Shown: positions 9,401-19,840, numbered from the stretch's first letter. The stretch: 64,000 nucleotides of DNA from Verrucomicrobiota bacterium (GCA_039818205.1 JBCBUK010000005.1:224001-288000), one strand, 5' to 3'. Made by a program: numbers and translations. Notes: generated by a model not told the origin, from the letters alone.

Positions 9401-9919
9401 GAAGGCAGTCGTTTACACGAGCCCCAACCTAAAGTCCTATCAATTCTACTGTATCCCTAGATTCGACCAATCATATAACCCCCGGAGATTAAGGCCCCTC
9501 CCAAGCCATCTCCAAATCTCAGTCAACCTCATAGGACTCACATCGAAAATGACCTAGATTTCTTTGACCAACACCGGTTGAAGTCTTCGGCGTTCACACA
9601 TCGAGCGAATTACTCATTCGATCAACCCATCAATGAGAATCCCTCACCGAAGAACTTGCCAATCCTTCCCCCTAATTCGATCTCACCCAGCAAACTTCCC
9701 CCCAACTGTCTGGTGCGATCTTCCCAGTAAGAATCGTATATCTGCACCTGTTATCTCATGCTTCGCATCGAGACACCAAGCAGCCCCCTAGCGGACGTCC
9801 CCTCCGTTTTTTCCGTGACCATAACTCAATCCTCATGACCACACGGCCAAACTCACCCTGGTTTTGGTATCGCGGTCGTCAGTTATCGGACACGATTCAT
9901 TCGACCCCCTAAGATACCA

Positions 9920-12900
9920 ATGAATCTCAAGACTTGTCTCTGTATCCCAATCTTATGCACCTCTACGTTATTTTCCCAAACAGTTAACCTCGACCCAACC
10001 ATCCAACGTTTCATCGGCGGCGTTTCAGACCTCGATCGTTCGAAGTACTTTACGCTCCACTCCAGCAACTCGACCGACGCTGACCTGGTCCAATTCTACA
10101 ACGACTACGACGTCATCCGTAGCCGGGGATTCTGGGGTCCGTTCTCTTACGCCAACCAACAAACGGGCGTCATTGGACAGTATCCTGGCGACATACAAGG
10201 CGCCGGTGGGGTTCGCCCAGTGAACAACAAGTATATTGCCACCGAACATCCAAAAAACGTCATTCGCTACAACCTCGACACGAACGCAGCGGCCGACTGG
10301 GTCGTCGAATACTACAAAGACTATTCCGGCAACAATCCGATACCCGAGTTCTATGAGGTAATGAACGAACCCTTCGTTCACGCCGGCGATGCTGAGTTTT
10401 CCGCCCAGCAACCCGACGCACAGTTGATGCGCGTTCGCATGGCCGAATGGTTTGGTGCCATCGGAGAAAAGGTCGATCAGACTCCAGAATTGGCCAACCT
10501 AAAGATCATCGGTTTCGCCGATGCGTGGCCGCAGTATGAGCACATCACCAGCGGCAATATGTTTGGCATCTGGCACGCCCGCCAAAAAATGTTCATGGAT
10601 GTTGCCGGTGCCAATGTTGACGCATTTTCCACTCACCTCTATGACGGTGTGAACGTGAACCAAGATGGCGGTGAACGCTCCGGAAGTAACGCGATGGCGA
10701 TCCTAGACATGGTTGAGGCCTACAGTCACATCAAGTGGGGCTTGGTCAAACCACACGTAATTTCTGAGTACGGCGGGATCGCCTCGGGATATCCTGCAGG
10801 TTGGAATGACATTGAGGCAGCGCAGAGCGTCATGTCCCAGAACAAGATGATCTTTGACCTGATGGACCGCGAAGACCGGGTCGAAATGACGATCCCGTTC
10901 GTGACCGACAAATCGAACTGGCACCTGACCGCAGCAAACAACTACGAACCTTATGGCGCGGTCCTGCTGCGGCCCGGCAACACTGGATCAGGGCAAGCTC
11001 CTGACGGCACCTGGGTGTACACTCCCAAGGTCACCTTCTATGAAATCTGGAAAGGTGTTAAAGGAAAACGCATCGCAGTCTCAAGCGACCACGCTGACAT
11101 CCAAACTCAGGCGTTTGTCGACGGCAACAAGCTCTTCGTCGCGCTGAACAACCTGGACGACGTCACCCACAATGTGTCGCTCAACTTTGCCTCGACAATT
11201 CCTGGATTGCAGAACGTTCGCATCAAAGCGCTAAAGATTTATGCTAATTCGCCACATAGCCTGACGGACACAACCCAGACCACCGCACCCTCAAGCATAA
11301 CCTTGATCGCTGATGAGACGGTCATGCTGGAATACACTTACCAAAACAACATCACATTTGGTAACGCGATTCGCAGCCAATCCTACTACGCGGACAAGTA
11401 TCTACAGGATATCAGCGCTAACGTGACGCAGTCCTATCTGATCAACGGCGTCACGACTGGGACCTCCGGATATGCCAAACTCAAAATGAGCCTTGGCCGA
11501 ACGCATGCGAAATCAAAGGCTCCTACCCTAACGGTTAATGGTACCGCTGTTAGCATTCCCAGCAACTGGCGCGGTTACGATCAAACAGCCCGCGGTTCGG
11601 TATTCTTCGGCACGATCGAAATTCCTGTTCCCATCGGCTTAATCCAAGCTAACAACACGATCAACATCACCTTCCCCGATTCTGGCGGCGCGGTTTCTTC
11701 GCTCATCCTTGAGGTCGCTAAACACGACACACCAATCGTTTCCCAGGCTCCATTTGGTGGCACGGCCCACGCGATACCCGGCACGATTGAGGCCGAAGAT
11801 TTCGACATCGGCGGTGAGGATGTTGCTTACAACGACACCGCTAGCGGTAACAGCGGCGCTTCAACTTACCGTGCTGGTGAGAACGTGGACATAGAAGCGA
11901 CTACCGACACTGGCGGCGGCGTAAACGTTGGCTGGATTGCTGGCGGCGAGTGGCTTGAGTACACCGTTGATGCGGCCGAAGGCTCATACGACATCGAGCT
12001 GCGGGTTGCCTCCGGGGGTTCAACCGTTGGCGACGTGCAGGTCTCATTAGGTGGTACCGACCTTGGCACATTCGCCGTCGAGAACACAGGGGGTTGGCAA
12101 ACCTGGACCACGCTGACGCTCAGCAACGTTGCAGTCACTGGCGGAAGCGATCAAGTGCTCCGGCTAACTGCCGTCGGCGGCAACTTCAACCTCAACTGGA
12201 TTAAGTTTAACTCCCTTGCGCCCGAGACAATTGGATGCGAGCTCCTGCCGACCTCGATCGTATCTACAGAAACGATCACCGTGGATGTCCCCTACTCAGT
12301 CAATCAAGCACGAGATGTGGTGGTTGAATTCTGGGATAGTGGCTGGCTGGACCAGGACACGGTTACCGTTGGCCCTGGAACGGGAGTGGCTTCTGTAACG
12401 CTTACCCCAATGGGTGGTGCACCTGCAGCCGGAAGTGGATATCTATTCAAAACTAGCCTTCGGGAAGTTGGAGCGGGATGGCAAAACCCAATCGACAGCT
12501 GCAACTCAGTATTCACCGTCCTTGCACCACCAGAAACGATCGGATGTGAAATGCTGCCAACATCCATCGTCTCCGCAGCCAGCTTTTCGGTGGACGTGCC
12601 CTACTCAGTCAATGAGAGCCGTGACATCGTTGTCGAATTCTGGGACAGCGGTTGGTTGCACCAGGATCGCGTTACGGTAACCGCTGGCTCAGGCGTCGCG
12701 ACCTTAACGCTCGTTCCTGCCGGAGGCGCACCACCAGCTGGAACTGGATATCTTTTTAAAACCAGCCTGCGTGAAGTCGGAGCCGGATGGCAGAACCCGA
12801 TCGACAGCTGCAACTCAGCCGTCGAGGTCCTAGCCCCGGTGTTTTACACGGCAACCGGAGACATCGGCAGCACCGCTCTTACTGGGTCCACCAGCGAAGC

Positions 12901-13828
12901 GGGAGGTATCTATACGCTGCAAGCATCGGGAGCGGATATCTGGGGAACGGCCGATGAGTTCCAATTTGCCTCACAAGTCGCACCGGGTTCTGTGTCGACC
13001 ATAATTGCAAGGGTTGACTCGCTGACAAATACCAACACCTGGTCGAAGGCTGGCGTCATGTTCCGCGCCGACAACACCGCCGGTGCTCAGCACGCGATGG
13101 TGGTCGTTCGGCCCGACAAGCAAGTCGTCATGCAAGTGCGCACGGCGGCATCGGGTTCAACGGTCATCATTGGCCCATGGCTGGCCGGTGGCACGGTCGA
13201 CATCAAATGGGTTCGCTTGATTCGCAATGGCGATGTCTACACCGGTGCCTACTCAGCCGATGGCACCACCTGGACAACTCTAACATCCTCAACCATCGCG
13301 ATGGGATCTGATCCGCTCGTGGGCTTAGCGGTTACCTCTCACGACGCCGCGGCCCTGGCGACCGCCGAGTTCAGCAACGTAAGCATCCGCGCTGGTGGAA
13401 CCTACGACTTCGGAACGGCGAGTTCACCGACCCAAGCGGGATACACTCAAATCACCAATGCCACGACTTCAGGCTCGGCTCGATGGGCAAGTGCCAGCGG
13501 ACTCAACGCGACCGACCGCACGAGCGTGACTGACAATATTCAGCGAGACGTCAACTATGGCTCCCAAGCGAATACCTTCCGGGTCGATCTTAGCGATGGC
13601 GTTTACGAGGTCACCCTAACCATTGGCGACACTTACGCGCATGACGATATCGCCGTGAAGGCCGAAGGAGTCATCGCAGCCTCGAATATTGACCGTTCCG
13701 CCAACCAGTGGAGCGATGTCACCTTTACCACAACGGTAAGCGACGGGACCCTGGACCTGGAATTCTCTGATGGCGGTGGCACGGATGTGAACTGGGTCAT
13801 CAATGGAGCTATCGTCACCCCCCACTAA
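9920..13828 (+). CDS. Multimodular GH86-type beta-agarase/beta-porphyranase with CBM6, two tandem 103-aa domains and two further beta-sandwich modules
   Basis: Signal peptide. N-terminus LDPTIQRFIGGVSDLDRSKYFTLH resembles GH86 enzymes. Clan GH-A acid/base EVMNEP and nucleophile ISEYG. CBM6 motif IPGTIEAEDFD...NVGWIAGGEWLEYTV...GGWQTW...NLNWIKF. Confidence 0.82.
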   Translation: MNLKTCLCIPILCTSTLFSQTVNLDPTIQRFIGGVSDLDRSKYFTLHSSNSTDADLVQFYNDYDVIRSRGFWGPFSYANQQTGVIGQYPGDIQGAGGVRPVNNKYIATEHPKNVIRYNLDTNAAADWVVEYYKDYSGNNPIPEFYEVMNEPFVHAGDAEFSAQQPDAQLMRVRMAEWFGAIGEKVDQTPELANLKIIGFADAWPQYEHITSGNMFGIWHARQKMFMDVAGANVDAFSTHLYDGVNVNQDGGERSGSNAMAILDMVEAYSHIKWGLVKPHVISEYGGIASGYPAGWNDIEAAQSVMSQNKMIFDLMDREDRVEMTIPFVTDKSNWHLTAANNYEPYGAVLLRPGNTGSGQAPDGTWVYTPKVTFYEIWKGVKGKRIAVSSDHADIQTQAFVDGNKLFVALNNLDDVTHNVSLNFASTIPGLQNVRIKALKIYANSPHSLTDTTQTTAPSSITLIADETVMLEYTYQNNITFGNAIRSQSYYADKYLQDISANVTQSYLINGVTTGTSGYAKLKMSLGRTHAKSKAPTLTVNGTAVSIPSNWRGYDQTARGSVFFGTIEIPVPIGLIQANNTINITFPDSGGAVSSLILEVAKHDTPIVSQAPFGGTAHAIPGTIEAEDFDIGGEDVAYNDTASGNSGASTYRAGENVDIEATTDTGGGVNVGWIAGGEWLEYTVDAAEGSYDIELRVASGGSTVGDVQVSLGGTDLGTFAVENTGGWQTWTTLTLSNVAVTGGSDQVLRLTAVGGNFNLNWIKFNSLAPETIGCELLPTSIVSTETITVDVPYSVNQARDVVVEFWDSGWLDQDTVTVGPGTGVASVTLTPMGGAPAAGSGYLFKTSLREVGAGWQNPIDSCNSVFTVLAPPETIGCEMLPTSIVSAASFSVDVPYSVNESRDIVVEFWDSGWLHQDRVTVTAGSGVATLTLVPAGGAPPAGTGYLFKTSLREVGAGWQNPIDSCNSAVEVLAPVFYTATGDIGSTALTGSTSEAGGIYTLQASGADIWGTADEFQFASQVAPGSVSTIIARVDSLTNTNTWSKAGVMFRADNTAGAQHAMVVVRPDKQVVMQVRTAASGSTVIIGPWLAGGTVDIKWVRLIRNGDVYTGAYSADGTTWTTLTSSTIAMGSDPLVGLAVTSHDAAALATAEFSNVSIRAGGTYDFGTASSPTQAGYTQITNATTSGSARWASASGLNATDRTSVTDNIQRDVNYGSQANTFRVDLSDGVYEVTLTIGDTYAHDDIAVKAEGVIAASNIDRSANQWSDVTFTTTVSDGTLDLEFSDGGGTDVNWVINGAIVTPH
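12221..12838 (+). repeat. Intragenic tandem duplication, 2 x 309 nt (103 aa)
   Basis: PETIGCE(L/M)LPTSIVS...VEFWDSGWL...GYLFKTSLREVGAGWQNPIDSCNS begins at 12221 and again at 12530. Confidence 0.95.
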
Positions 13829-13859
13829 CCAACTGATCTAACTCAATACGAAGCTCCGC

Positions 13860-13889
13860 AAAGCCTCCGCCCAACCAGGCGGGGGCTTT
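13860..13889 (+). terminator. Rho-independent terminator after the GH86 gene
   Basis: AAAGCCTCCGCC(caacca)GGCGGGGGCTTT, a 12-bp stem followed by CTC. Confidence 0.75.
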
Positions 13890-14004
13890 CTCGTGCGTCG
13901 GAAACAGCATATGGTTAAACTGCAAATGAGTTGATTTTATCCACGCGAGATGTACACCAATAAGGGGTCACCGTTATCACCCTCCTCACCCCTTTGTTGT
14001 TATC

Positions 14005-16080
14005 ATGAAATCTCTATTTGCCGCCACCCTGTGGTTGCTTGCAGCCCTTACCTCCTACGCCACCCCCTTGACTCCAGAAGAGTATGGTCGGATTCAGTTG
14101 CAGGAGCAACTGGCACAATCAACCAAACCCGATGCCATCATTGAAACCGCGATCAACAATGAACTCGCTGCTGAAGCCTTTCGCATCGAGACCGGCGATG
14201 GAACGATCCAGGTCACTGGCGGTGATGAAATTGGGGTCATGTACGGGCTTCTGGATACTGCCGATCAGCTTCGGCTAAATGGTGGCCAGATCACGGAGAT
14301 TGTTGAAAAGATGGAGATGCCACGATTTCCATTTCGTGCGGTTAAATTCAACTTACCCTGGTCCGCATATCGGGACCACGCCGTCGTCCGGCCACACATG
14401 CAAACCTGCCGCGATCTCGTGTTCTGGGAAGAGTTTCTCGACATGATGGCGGCCAACCGCTTCAACCGCCTGACTCTCTGGAATCTCCACCCGTTCCCCT
14501 ACATGTTTCGGCCAACCAGTTTTCCAGAGGCCACCGACCTGACTGACGAGGAACTGGCCGAGTGGAAGATATTCTGGGAACGCCTTTTCGAAATGGCTCA
14601 TGAGCGCGGTATTAAAACCTATATGGTTTGGTGGAATATTTTTGTATCGCCAGAGTTTTCAAAGGCGCATGGCAACATCGCCCAATACAGCCAGAATCTC
14701 AGTTTCTTTGGTGGCGGAGAGCACAACGAACTGATTAATCGCTATAACCGGGAATGCGTCACCCAGCTGATAAATGAGTATCCCAACCTTGATGGGATTG
14801 GTATCTCTCTTGGGGAGCGCATGTACCACATCGACGAGGACGCCCGCGAACAATGGGTGTTGGATGTGATTGTCGAGGGCATGCGCGATGCCGATCGCCA
14901 AGTCGAGTTCATTCACCGGGCTCCATTTACCCCGCATGCAGAAGTTACGCGTCAAGGCATTGAATCGCTAACAGATTTTGAGAAACCGATCTGGGTAGAG
15001 TTCAAATTCAACGCCTCTCACGGACACTCCGCCGTAGAGCTCGCCGCAACTCATGGTGGTCACGTCAACCCCGCCTACTGGGAGCCTGCCCCAACGAACT
15101 ATCAAATGACTTGGATGATGCGGAACGAAGACTTCGTGATGCTACGGTGGGGGCAACCTCAGTTCATCCGTGACCATATTGCCGAAAACGGACAAGACTA
15201 CGTCGGTGGATATTTTGTGGGGTCAGAGACTTATATACCGGCTGTTGAATACATGCAAAAAGAGGACGACCGCATGGATTGGACCTATGCTTTCGAGCGC
15301 GATTGGTTGTTCTACAAAGTGTGGGGTCAGCTCCTGTTCAATCCCGAAACCGACGACCAAATATTTATCGATGAATACATTCAGCGCTATGGCGAAAAAA
15401 ACGGACCGTTGTTGTTCAGCGGGATGGCAGAGGCCAGTAAGACACCGTTGCTAATCTGCTCATACCTTCGTGGGGGCAACGACCCATCACTAACCGCCGA
15501 GCAGTTGCTCTCAAGCCAAGTTTCCCGATATAAAACGACCAAGAGCGTTTTTATCGACGTCAACCAGTTCATCAACTTCCCGACTCTCGACCCGGCATTC
15601 ATCAACATTGAACAGTATATTGATCGCAAGTCCAAAGACCAAGAACTACCGGAAGGAACCGTTAGCCCGCTCGATGTTGCCGAACGTGCTGAAGCAATCT
15701 CCAAGGAGTGTTTGGCCATTGTGAATCAACTCGAGCCTGATGGCTCGTCGATGGACTTCGAAATTGCCGACATCGAAGCCTGGGGCTTATTGGCCCGTTA
15801 TTTCGGATTGAAAATACGCGCGGCAACGTCACTTCAGACCTTTCGGGTGACTGGCGATATAGAACAACAAGCAGCGGCGATAGCCTACCTCGAGGAGGCA
15901 CTTGTCACATGGAAGGAACTCAGCGAAGTCACTGATGCGGTCTACAACGAAGTCGAATCAGCGAAACTTATCTGGATCGAGAAGCCAAAGCTCCTGTCCT
16001 GGAAAGCATTTATTGGCGATGCTGAGTATGACATCGAGATTGCCAGCGAAAACATTCAGACGCAGCTACCTCGAAAGTAG
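14005..16080 (+). CDS. Secreted putative glycoside hydrolase of unassigned family (GH20/GH67-like N-terminal domain plus probable TIM barrel)
   Basis: Signal peptide. EAFRIETGDGTIQVTGGDEIGVMYGLLD followed by PRFPFRAVKFNLP matches the zincin-like N-domain junction of GH20/67/115-type enzymes. FLDMMAANRFNRLTLW is barrel-like. Confidence 0.6.
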   Translation: MKSLFAATLWLLAALTSYATPLTPEEYGRIQLQEQLAQSTKPDAIIETAINNELAAEAFRIETGDGTIQVTGGDEIGVMYGLLDTADQLRLNGGQITEIVEKMEMPRFPFRAVKFNLPWSAYRDHAVVRPHMQTCRDLVFWEEFLDMMAANRFNRLTLWNLHPFPYMFRPTSFPEATDLTDEELAEWKIFWERLFEMAHERGIKTYMVWWNIFVSPEFSKAHGNIAQYSQNLSFFGGGEHNELINRYNRECVTQLINEYPNLDGIGISLGERMYHIDEDAREQWVLDVIVEGMRDADRQVEFIHRAPFTPHAEVTRQGIESLTDFEKPIWVEFKFNASHGHSAVELAATHGGHVNPAYWEPAPTNYQMTWMMRNEDFVMLRWGQPQFIRDHIAENGQDYVGGYFVGSETYIPAVEYMQKEDDRMDWTYAFERDWLFYKVWGQLLFNPETDDQIFIDEYIQRYGEKNGPLLFSGMAEASKTPLLICSYLRGGNDPSLTAEQLLSSQVSRYKTTKSVFIDVNQFINFPTLDPAFINIEQYIDRKSKDQELPEGTVSPLDVAERAEAISKECLAIVNQLEPDGSSMDFEIADIEAWGLLARYFGLKIRAATSLQTFRVTGDIEQQAAAIAYLEEALVTWKELSEVTDAVYNEVESAKLIWIEKPKLLSWKAFIGDAEYDIEIASENIQTQLPRK

Positions 16081-16174
16081 GACCACGGTTTAATCGGACG
16101 ACGGTCTCAATCAATCTTTGGTTCGAGACCTAGGATGCTTGCTATCGCTGCAACGGTTGTGTGTATTGCGACCT

Positions 16175-17446
16175 ATGGCCGATTCGAAGCCCACAACACC
16201 CAAGACAAACCTACTCGCTGGTGCTGTTGGCAATATCTTGGAGTGGTTCGATTTCGCCGCCTATGGTTTCTTTGCCTCGGTCATCGGTTCGCAATTCTTC
16301 CCCAGCGACGATGAAACCATATCATTGCTCGCAGCCTTCGGCGTTTTTGCCTCCGGCTTTATCGTTCGGCCAATTGGCGCGGCGGTATTCGGCCACATTG
16401 GCGACCGCAAGGGCCGGGAAGTCGTCTTAAAATGGTCCGTTATATTGATGGGCCTCTCGACGTTTTTAATGGGTGCATTGCCCAATTACGAGACTATCGG
16501 CTTGGCCGCACCAATCCTACTGACCCTACTACGGATACTTCAGGGCTTTTCGGTTGGCGGTGAATTCACCGGCTCCATCATCTATTTGGTTGAAAACGCG
16601 CCACCCCACCGACGCGGATTCATTGGATCGCTTGCGTTCGCCGGCGCCTTTGCTGGCATACTCCTGGGATCTGCTGTTGGTGCCTTAATCAACCATGTAT
16701 TGAGTCCGGAACAAGTGAGTAGTTGGGGTTGGCGAATTCCGTTTCTCGGCGGTGTTGTTATCATGATTCTTGCCGCCTTCTTTCGACGGAATCTAAAGGG
16801 AACCGGCGAGCGCCCTCAGTCCAATCAACTCCCGCTACTGATGGCTTTCAAGACCGAGTGGCGGTCCATGCTTAAAATCATTGGCATATTTTTGCTAGGC
16901 AGCTCTGGCTTCTACATGATGTTTATCTACCTGACCACCTATCTCCATACCGAGTTTGGCATATCGGAGGAGAAGGCGCTTGAGGTAAATTCATTCTCAC
17001 TGTTTGCGCTCATTATTTGCACGTTAGGAATGGCCCGCGTGAGTGATCGCTTTGGCCGAAAACCGGTACTTCTTATTTCCGCTGTGGGATGTGTTTTACT
17101 CACCTACCCGCTCTTCAAAATCATTGATGCGGGCACTCCGCTCTATGCCCAACTAGGACAACTTGGATTTGCATTCCTGATTGGAACAAACATCAGTGCA
17201 ACGACAGCCGTCATGGTCGAAAACACACGTTCGACCTATCGCTGTACAACGATCTCCCTTGCTTATAACATTACGCTCGCAGTCTTTGGCGGCACTGCGC
17301 CAATGGTTGCCACTTGGTTAATTGCCGAATCCGGCAATCGCATAGAGCCGGCATTCTACCTGATGTTTACGGCTGCCGTTACCTCGATAACGGTTCTCTT
17401 CCTACCCGAGACGCATAAGCTAAAGCTTCATGGCGAAGACGCCTAA
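16175..17446 (+). CDS. MFS transporter, MHS (ProP-like) family
   Basis: GNILEWFDFAAYG, RPIGAAVFGHIGDRKGR, LRILQGFSVGGE and SDRFGRKP. The ATG at 16175 is preferred over the non-ATG start at 16118. Confidence 0.92.
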   Translation: MADSKPTTPKTNLLAGAVGNILEWFDFAAYGFFASVIGSQFFPSDDETISLLAAFGVFASGFIVRPIGAAVFGHIGDRKGREVVLKWSVILMGLSTFLMGALPNYETIGLAAPILLTLLRILQGFSVGGEFTGSIIYLVENAPPHRRGFIGSLAFAGAFAGILLGSAVGALINHVLSPEQVSSWGWRIPFLGGVVIMILAAFFRRNLKGTGERPQSNQLPLLMAFKTEWRSMLKIIGIFLLGSSGFYMMFIYLTTYLHTEFGISEEKALEVNSFSLFALIICTLGMARVSDRFGRKPVLLISAVGCVLLTYPLFKIIDAGTPLYAQLGQLGFAFLIGTNISATTAVMVENTRSTYRCTTISLAYNITLAVFGGTAPMVATWLIAESGNRIEPAFYLMFTAAVTSITVLFLPETHKLKLHGEDA

Positions 17447-17839
17447 CGGCCGACACAAGCAAGCCAGGATTCAACGCTCGCTGTAGCGCACACGCTTAGG
17501 TGCACTGCGACTACCTATGCTATAGGATAGTATCTTTTGGATACCTTGTTAGACGGTATTTTTTTGGTATCATTCCTAACACACTCGGATCACTATCCCC
17601 AGAGCCAACGAACATCCACCGTAAGGATCTACTATGCTTCCGCCCGTATCTCTCGGATACATCTAGCTACCCAGACACGCTCTGGGCGCCGAACAACTAG
17701 GCTCCAACGAGCCATCTCCCTCGGGCTAGAACCTTCGCCTTAAACGATTCAAGGGAGACACCTGAGATCCATTGCAGCCAATGCGGGCAATGGCCGGTCC
17801 TGTCATATTATTTTATACGAACCCTAATGAAAACAAACC

Positions 17840-18397
17840 ATGAACCAGACTAAAGAAATCATACACAACCCATTGGGAAAACACCTCTCGGCCATGCTAC
17901 TCCGAATTTGGTTAGGAATGCGAGCCGTTCAAGCCGGCGTCGAGAAGTTTGCTGGAAAAGACCTAACCGAAGTGCCTTCGATCATCGATGGTAAACCGAA
18001 CGACAGCGGCCTCATGGAGGTCGTCGAAGTTAAAGTCTATTCCTGGAATGCATACAAAGGCATACCGGAAGCGCTAAGTGGCAAATTCTACCGTGAGCCC
18101 CTCCTGCCCGATTTTTCCCTCATTATCTACAACTGGATTCTCGGACCCGCGTTTATCATCCTCGGCATGGCACTGCTTCTCGGCATCGCTAGTCGTTTAT
18201 CGCTTTTCGCCATGGGGCTGCTTTACACTAGCTTGACCTTTGGTCTCATACTACTCAACCAATCGTCGGGCATCGCCTGGCTTGGCGTCCATCTATTCTT
18301 GATAGTCATGATGCTCAATCTGGCCGACTACAATCGCTATGAACTTGGCAACCTGTTGGCTGATCGGCTCAAGCTCTCGTTCTTAAAACAAAAATAG
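17840..18397 (+). CDS. DoxX-family membrane protein
   Basis: LLRIWLGMRAVQAGVEKF and LGMALLLGIASRLS, with four hydrophobic segments. Confidence 0.72.
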   Translation: MNQTKEIIHNPLGKHLSAMLLRIWLGMRAVQAGVEKFAGKDLTEVPSIIDGKPNDSGLMEVVEVKVYSWNAYKGIPEALSGKFYREPLLPDFSLIIYNWILGPAFIILGMALLLGIASRLSLFAMGLLYTSLTFGLILLNQSSGIAWLGVHLFLIVMMLNLADYNRYELGNLLADRLKLSFLKQK

Positions 18398-18409
18398 GAG
18401 GCTATTGAA

Positions 18410-19834
18410 ATGAGCGAAAACGAAATCATCAGTCGCCGAAACTTCGTGAAGGCGAGCGGCGTTGCCAGCGCAGGCATACTACTGGGTGCACCCAACATCA
18501 TTCGCGCAGAATCACTCAGGGCACCGTCCGACGAGATCCGCGTTGCTTTCATCGGATGCGGCAAGCAGCATCTCGTGCTTTGGGACGTGATGAAGAACAT
18601 TCCCGGGCTGCGATTTGTAGCTGCCTGCGACATCATGTGGGAGAGTCGCCTCAAAGCGACCGTCGGCCGTGTACGCGGCACCTTCGGCAATATGATGGCT
18701 TACTATACCGATGCGGAGGAGATGCTCACGAAAGAAGGTAAGAACATCGATGCCGTGATCGTGACTACCCCAGATTTTTGGCACGCCCCGCACACAGTAA
18801 TGGCTCTCGAAGCGGGTTGCCATGTCTATTGCGAGAAGATGATGTCGGATACTCTGGAAGGTGCACGCAGCATGGTTGAGGCGATGGACCGCACGGGAAA
18901 ACTTTGCCAGATCGGACACCAGCGGCGTAGCAATCCCCGCTATCGATTCGTTCTCGATGAACTAATCAGAAAACATCGACTCTGCGGAAAGATCTTGAAC
19001 GTAAACGGTCAATGGAACCGATCACTCGGATCCTCCAATGATCAAACTTACGCGGTGACTAAGCACCTTCCCGACGCGGCCACCTTGCGCCAATATGGTT
19101 TCAATGGTGGAACCAACAAACAGCTATCGCTTGAGGAACTCCAGAGACGGTTTCTGAACTGGCGATTCTATAAAGCACTTTCTGGAGGACCAATCTCAGA
19201 CCTCGGCGCCCACCAAATTGACATCTTCAACTGGTATCTGAAAGCGCGTCCTAAAAGCCTTGTCGCGTCCGGTGGCCGAAGCTACTTCAAGGACCGCGAA
19301 CACTTCGACAATGTCATGTGCATCTTCGACTACGATACGCCGGACGGAAATGCGCGAGCCTTCTATCAAGTACTCACAACGACCAGCGCAGGCGGCGGAT
19401 ATTATGAATCGTTTATGGGAACGGAAGGCACCATCGAGATTTCGGAGCGTGAGGCCTTCACGAATATCTACAAAGAATCCGGTGCCGATGGCGCAAAGTG
19501 GGACGACCTTGTTGCCCGGGGATACTTGAAGAAGGGAGCAGTTGGTGTCGCGGCTGGGGGTCCAGATGCAATCGCATCCTACGCCTCTCCACCGCCAGAC
19601 CGATACTCACTTCCTGGCGGCCTCGGAGTGATTAAAAACCTCAAAGGAAAATCCCGCCACAAACCACCTCATCAACCGCACGTTGAAAACTTCTTTGACG
19701 CGATTCGGGGTAATGCCACACTGACTTGCGATGCCCGACATGCATTAGAGTCCGAAGCTCCAATCTATTGGGTTAACGAAGCGGCTGAAACAGGCGAATC
19801 AATCAAGTTCACTGAGGAGCACCTTCGGGTCTAG
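18410..19834 (+). CDS. Tat-exported Gfo/Idh/MocA-family oxidoreductase
   Basis: Twin-arginine SRRNFVK, Rossmann IRVAFIGCG, TPDFWHAP, HVYCEKM, QIGHQRRS and DLGAHQID. SD-like GGAGG upstream. Confidence 0.92.
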   Translation: MSENEIISRRNFVKASGVASAGILLGAPNIIRAESLRAPSDEIRVAFIGCGKQHLVLWDVMKNIPGLRFVAACDIMWESRLKATVGRVRGTFGNMMAYYTDAEEMLTKEGKNIDAVIVTTPDFWHAPHTVMALEAGCHVYCEKMMSDTLEGARSMVEAMDRTGKLCQIGHQRRSNPRYRFVLDELIRKHRLCGKILNVNGQWNRSLGSSNDQTYAVTKHLPDAATLRQYGFNGGTNKQLSLEELQRRFLNWRFYKALSGGPISDLGAHQIDIFNWYLKARPKSLVASGGRSYFKDREHFDNVMCIFDYDTPDGNARAFYQVLTTTSAGGGYYESFMGTEGTIEISEREAFTNIYKESGADGAKWDDLVARGYLKKGAVGVAAGGPDAIASYASPPPDRYSLPGGLGVIKNLKGKSRHKPPHQPHVENFFDAIRGNATLTCDARHALESEAPIYWVNEAAETGESIKFTEEHLRV

Positions 19835-19840
19835 CACCCG

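Noticed and set aside
12221..12838. Direct repeat considered as a mobile element or CRISPR-like array
   Set aside because: It is an in-frame protein-domain duplication with no spacers, terminal repeats or cas/transposase genes.
17500..17743. Short overlapping ORFs (66 and 68 aa) between the MFS and DoxX genes
   Set aside because: Non-ATG starts, no motifs and atypical composition; more likely promoter region.
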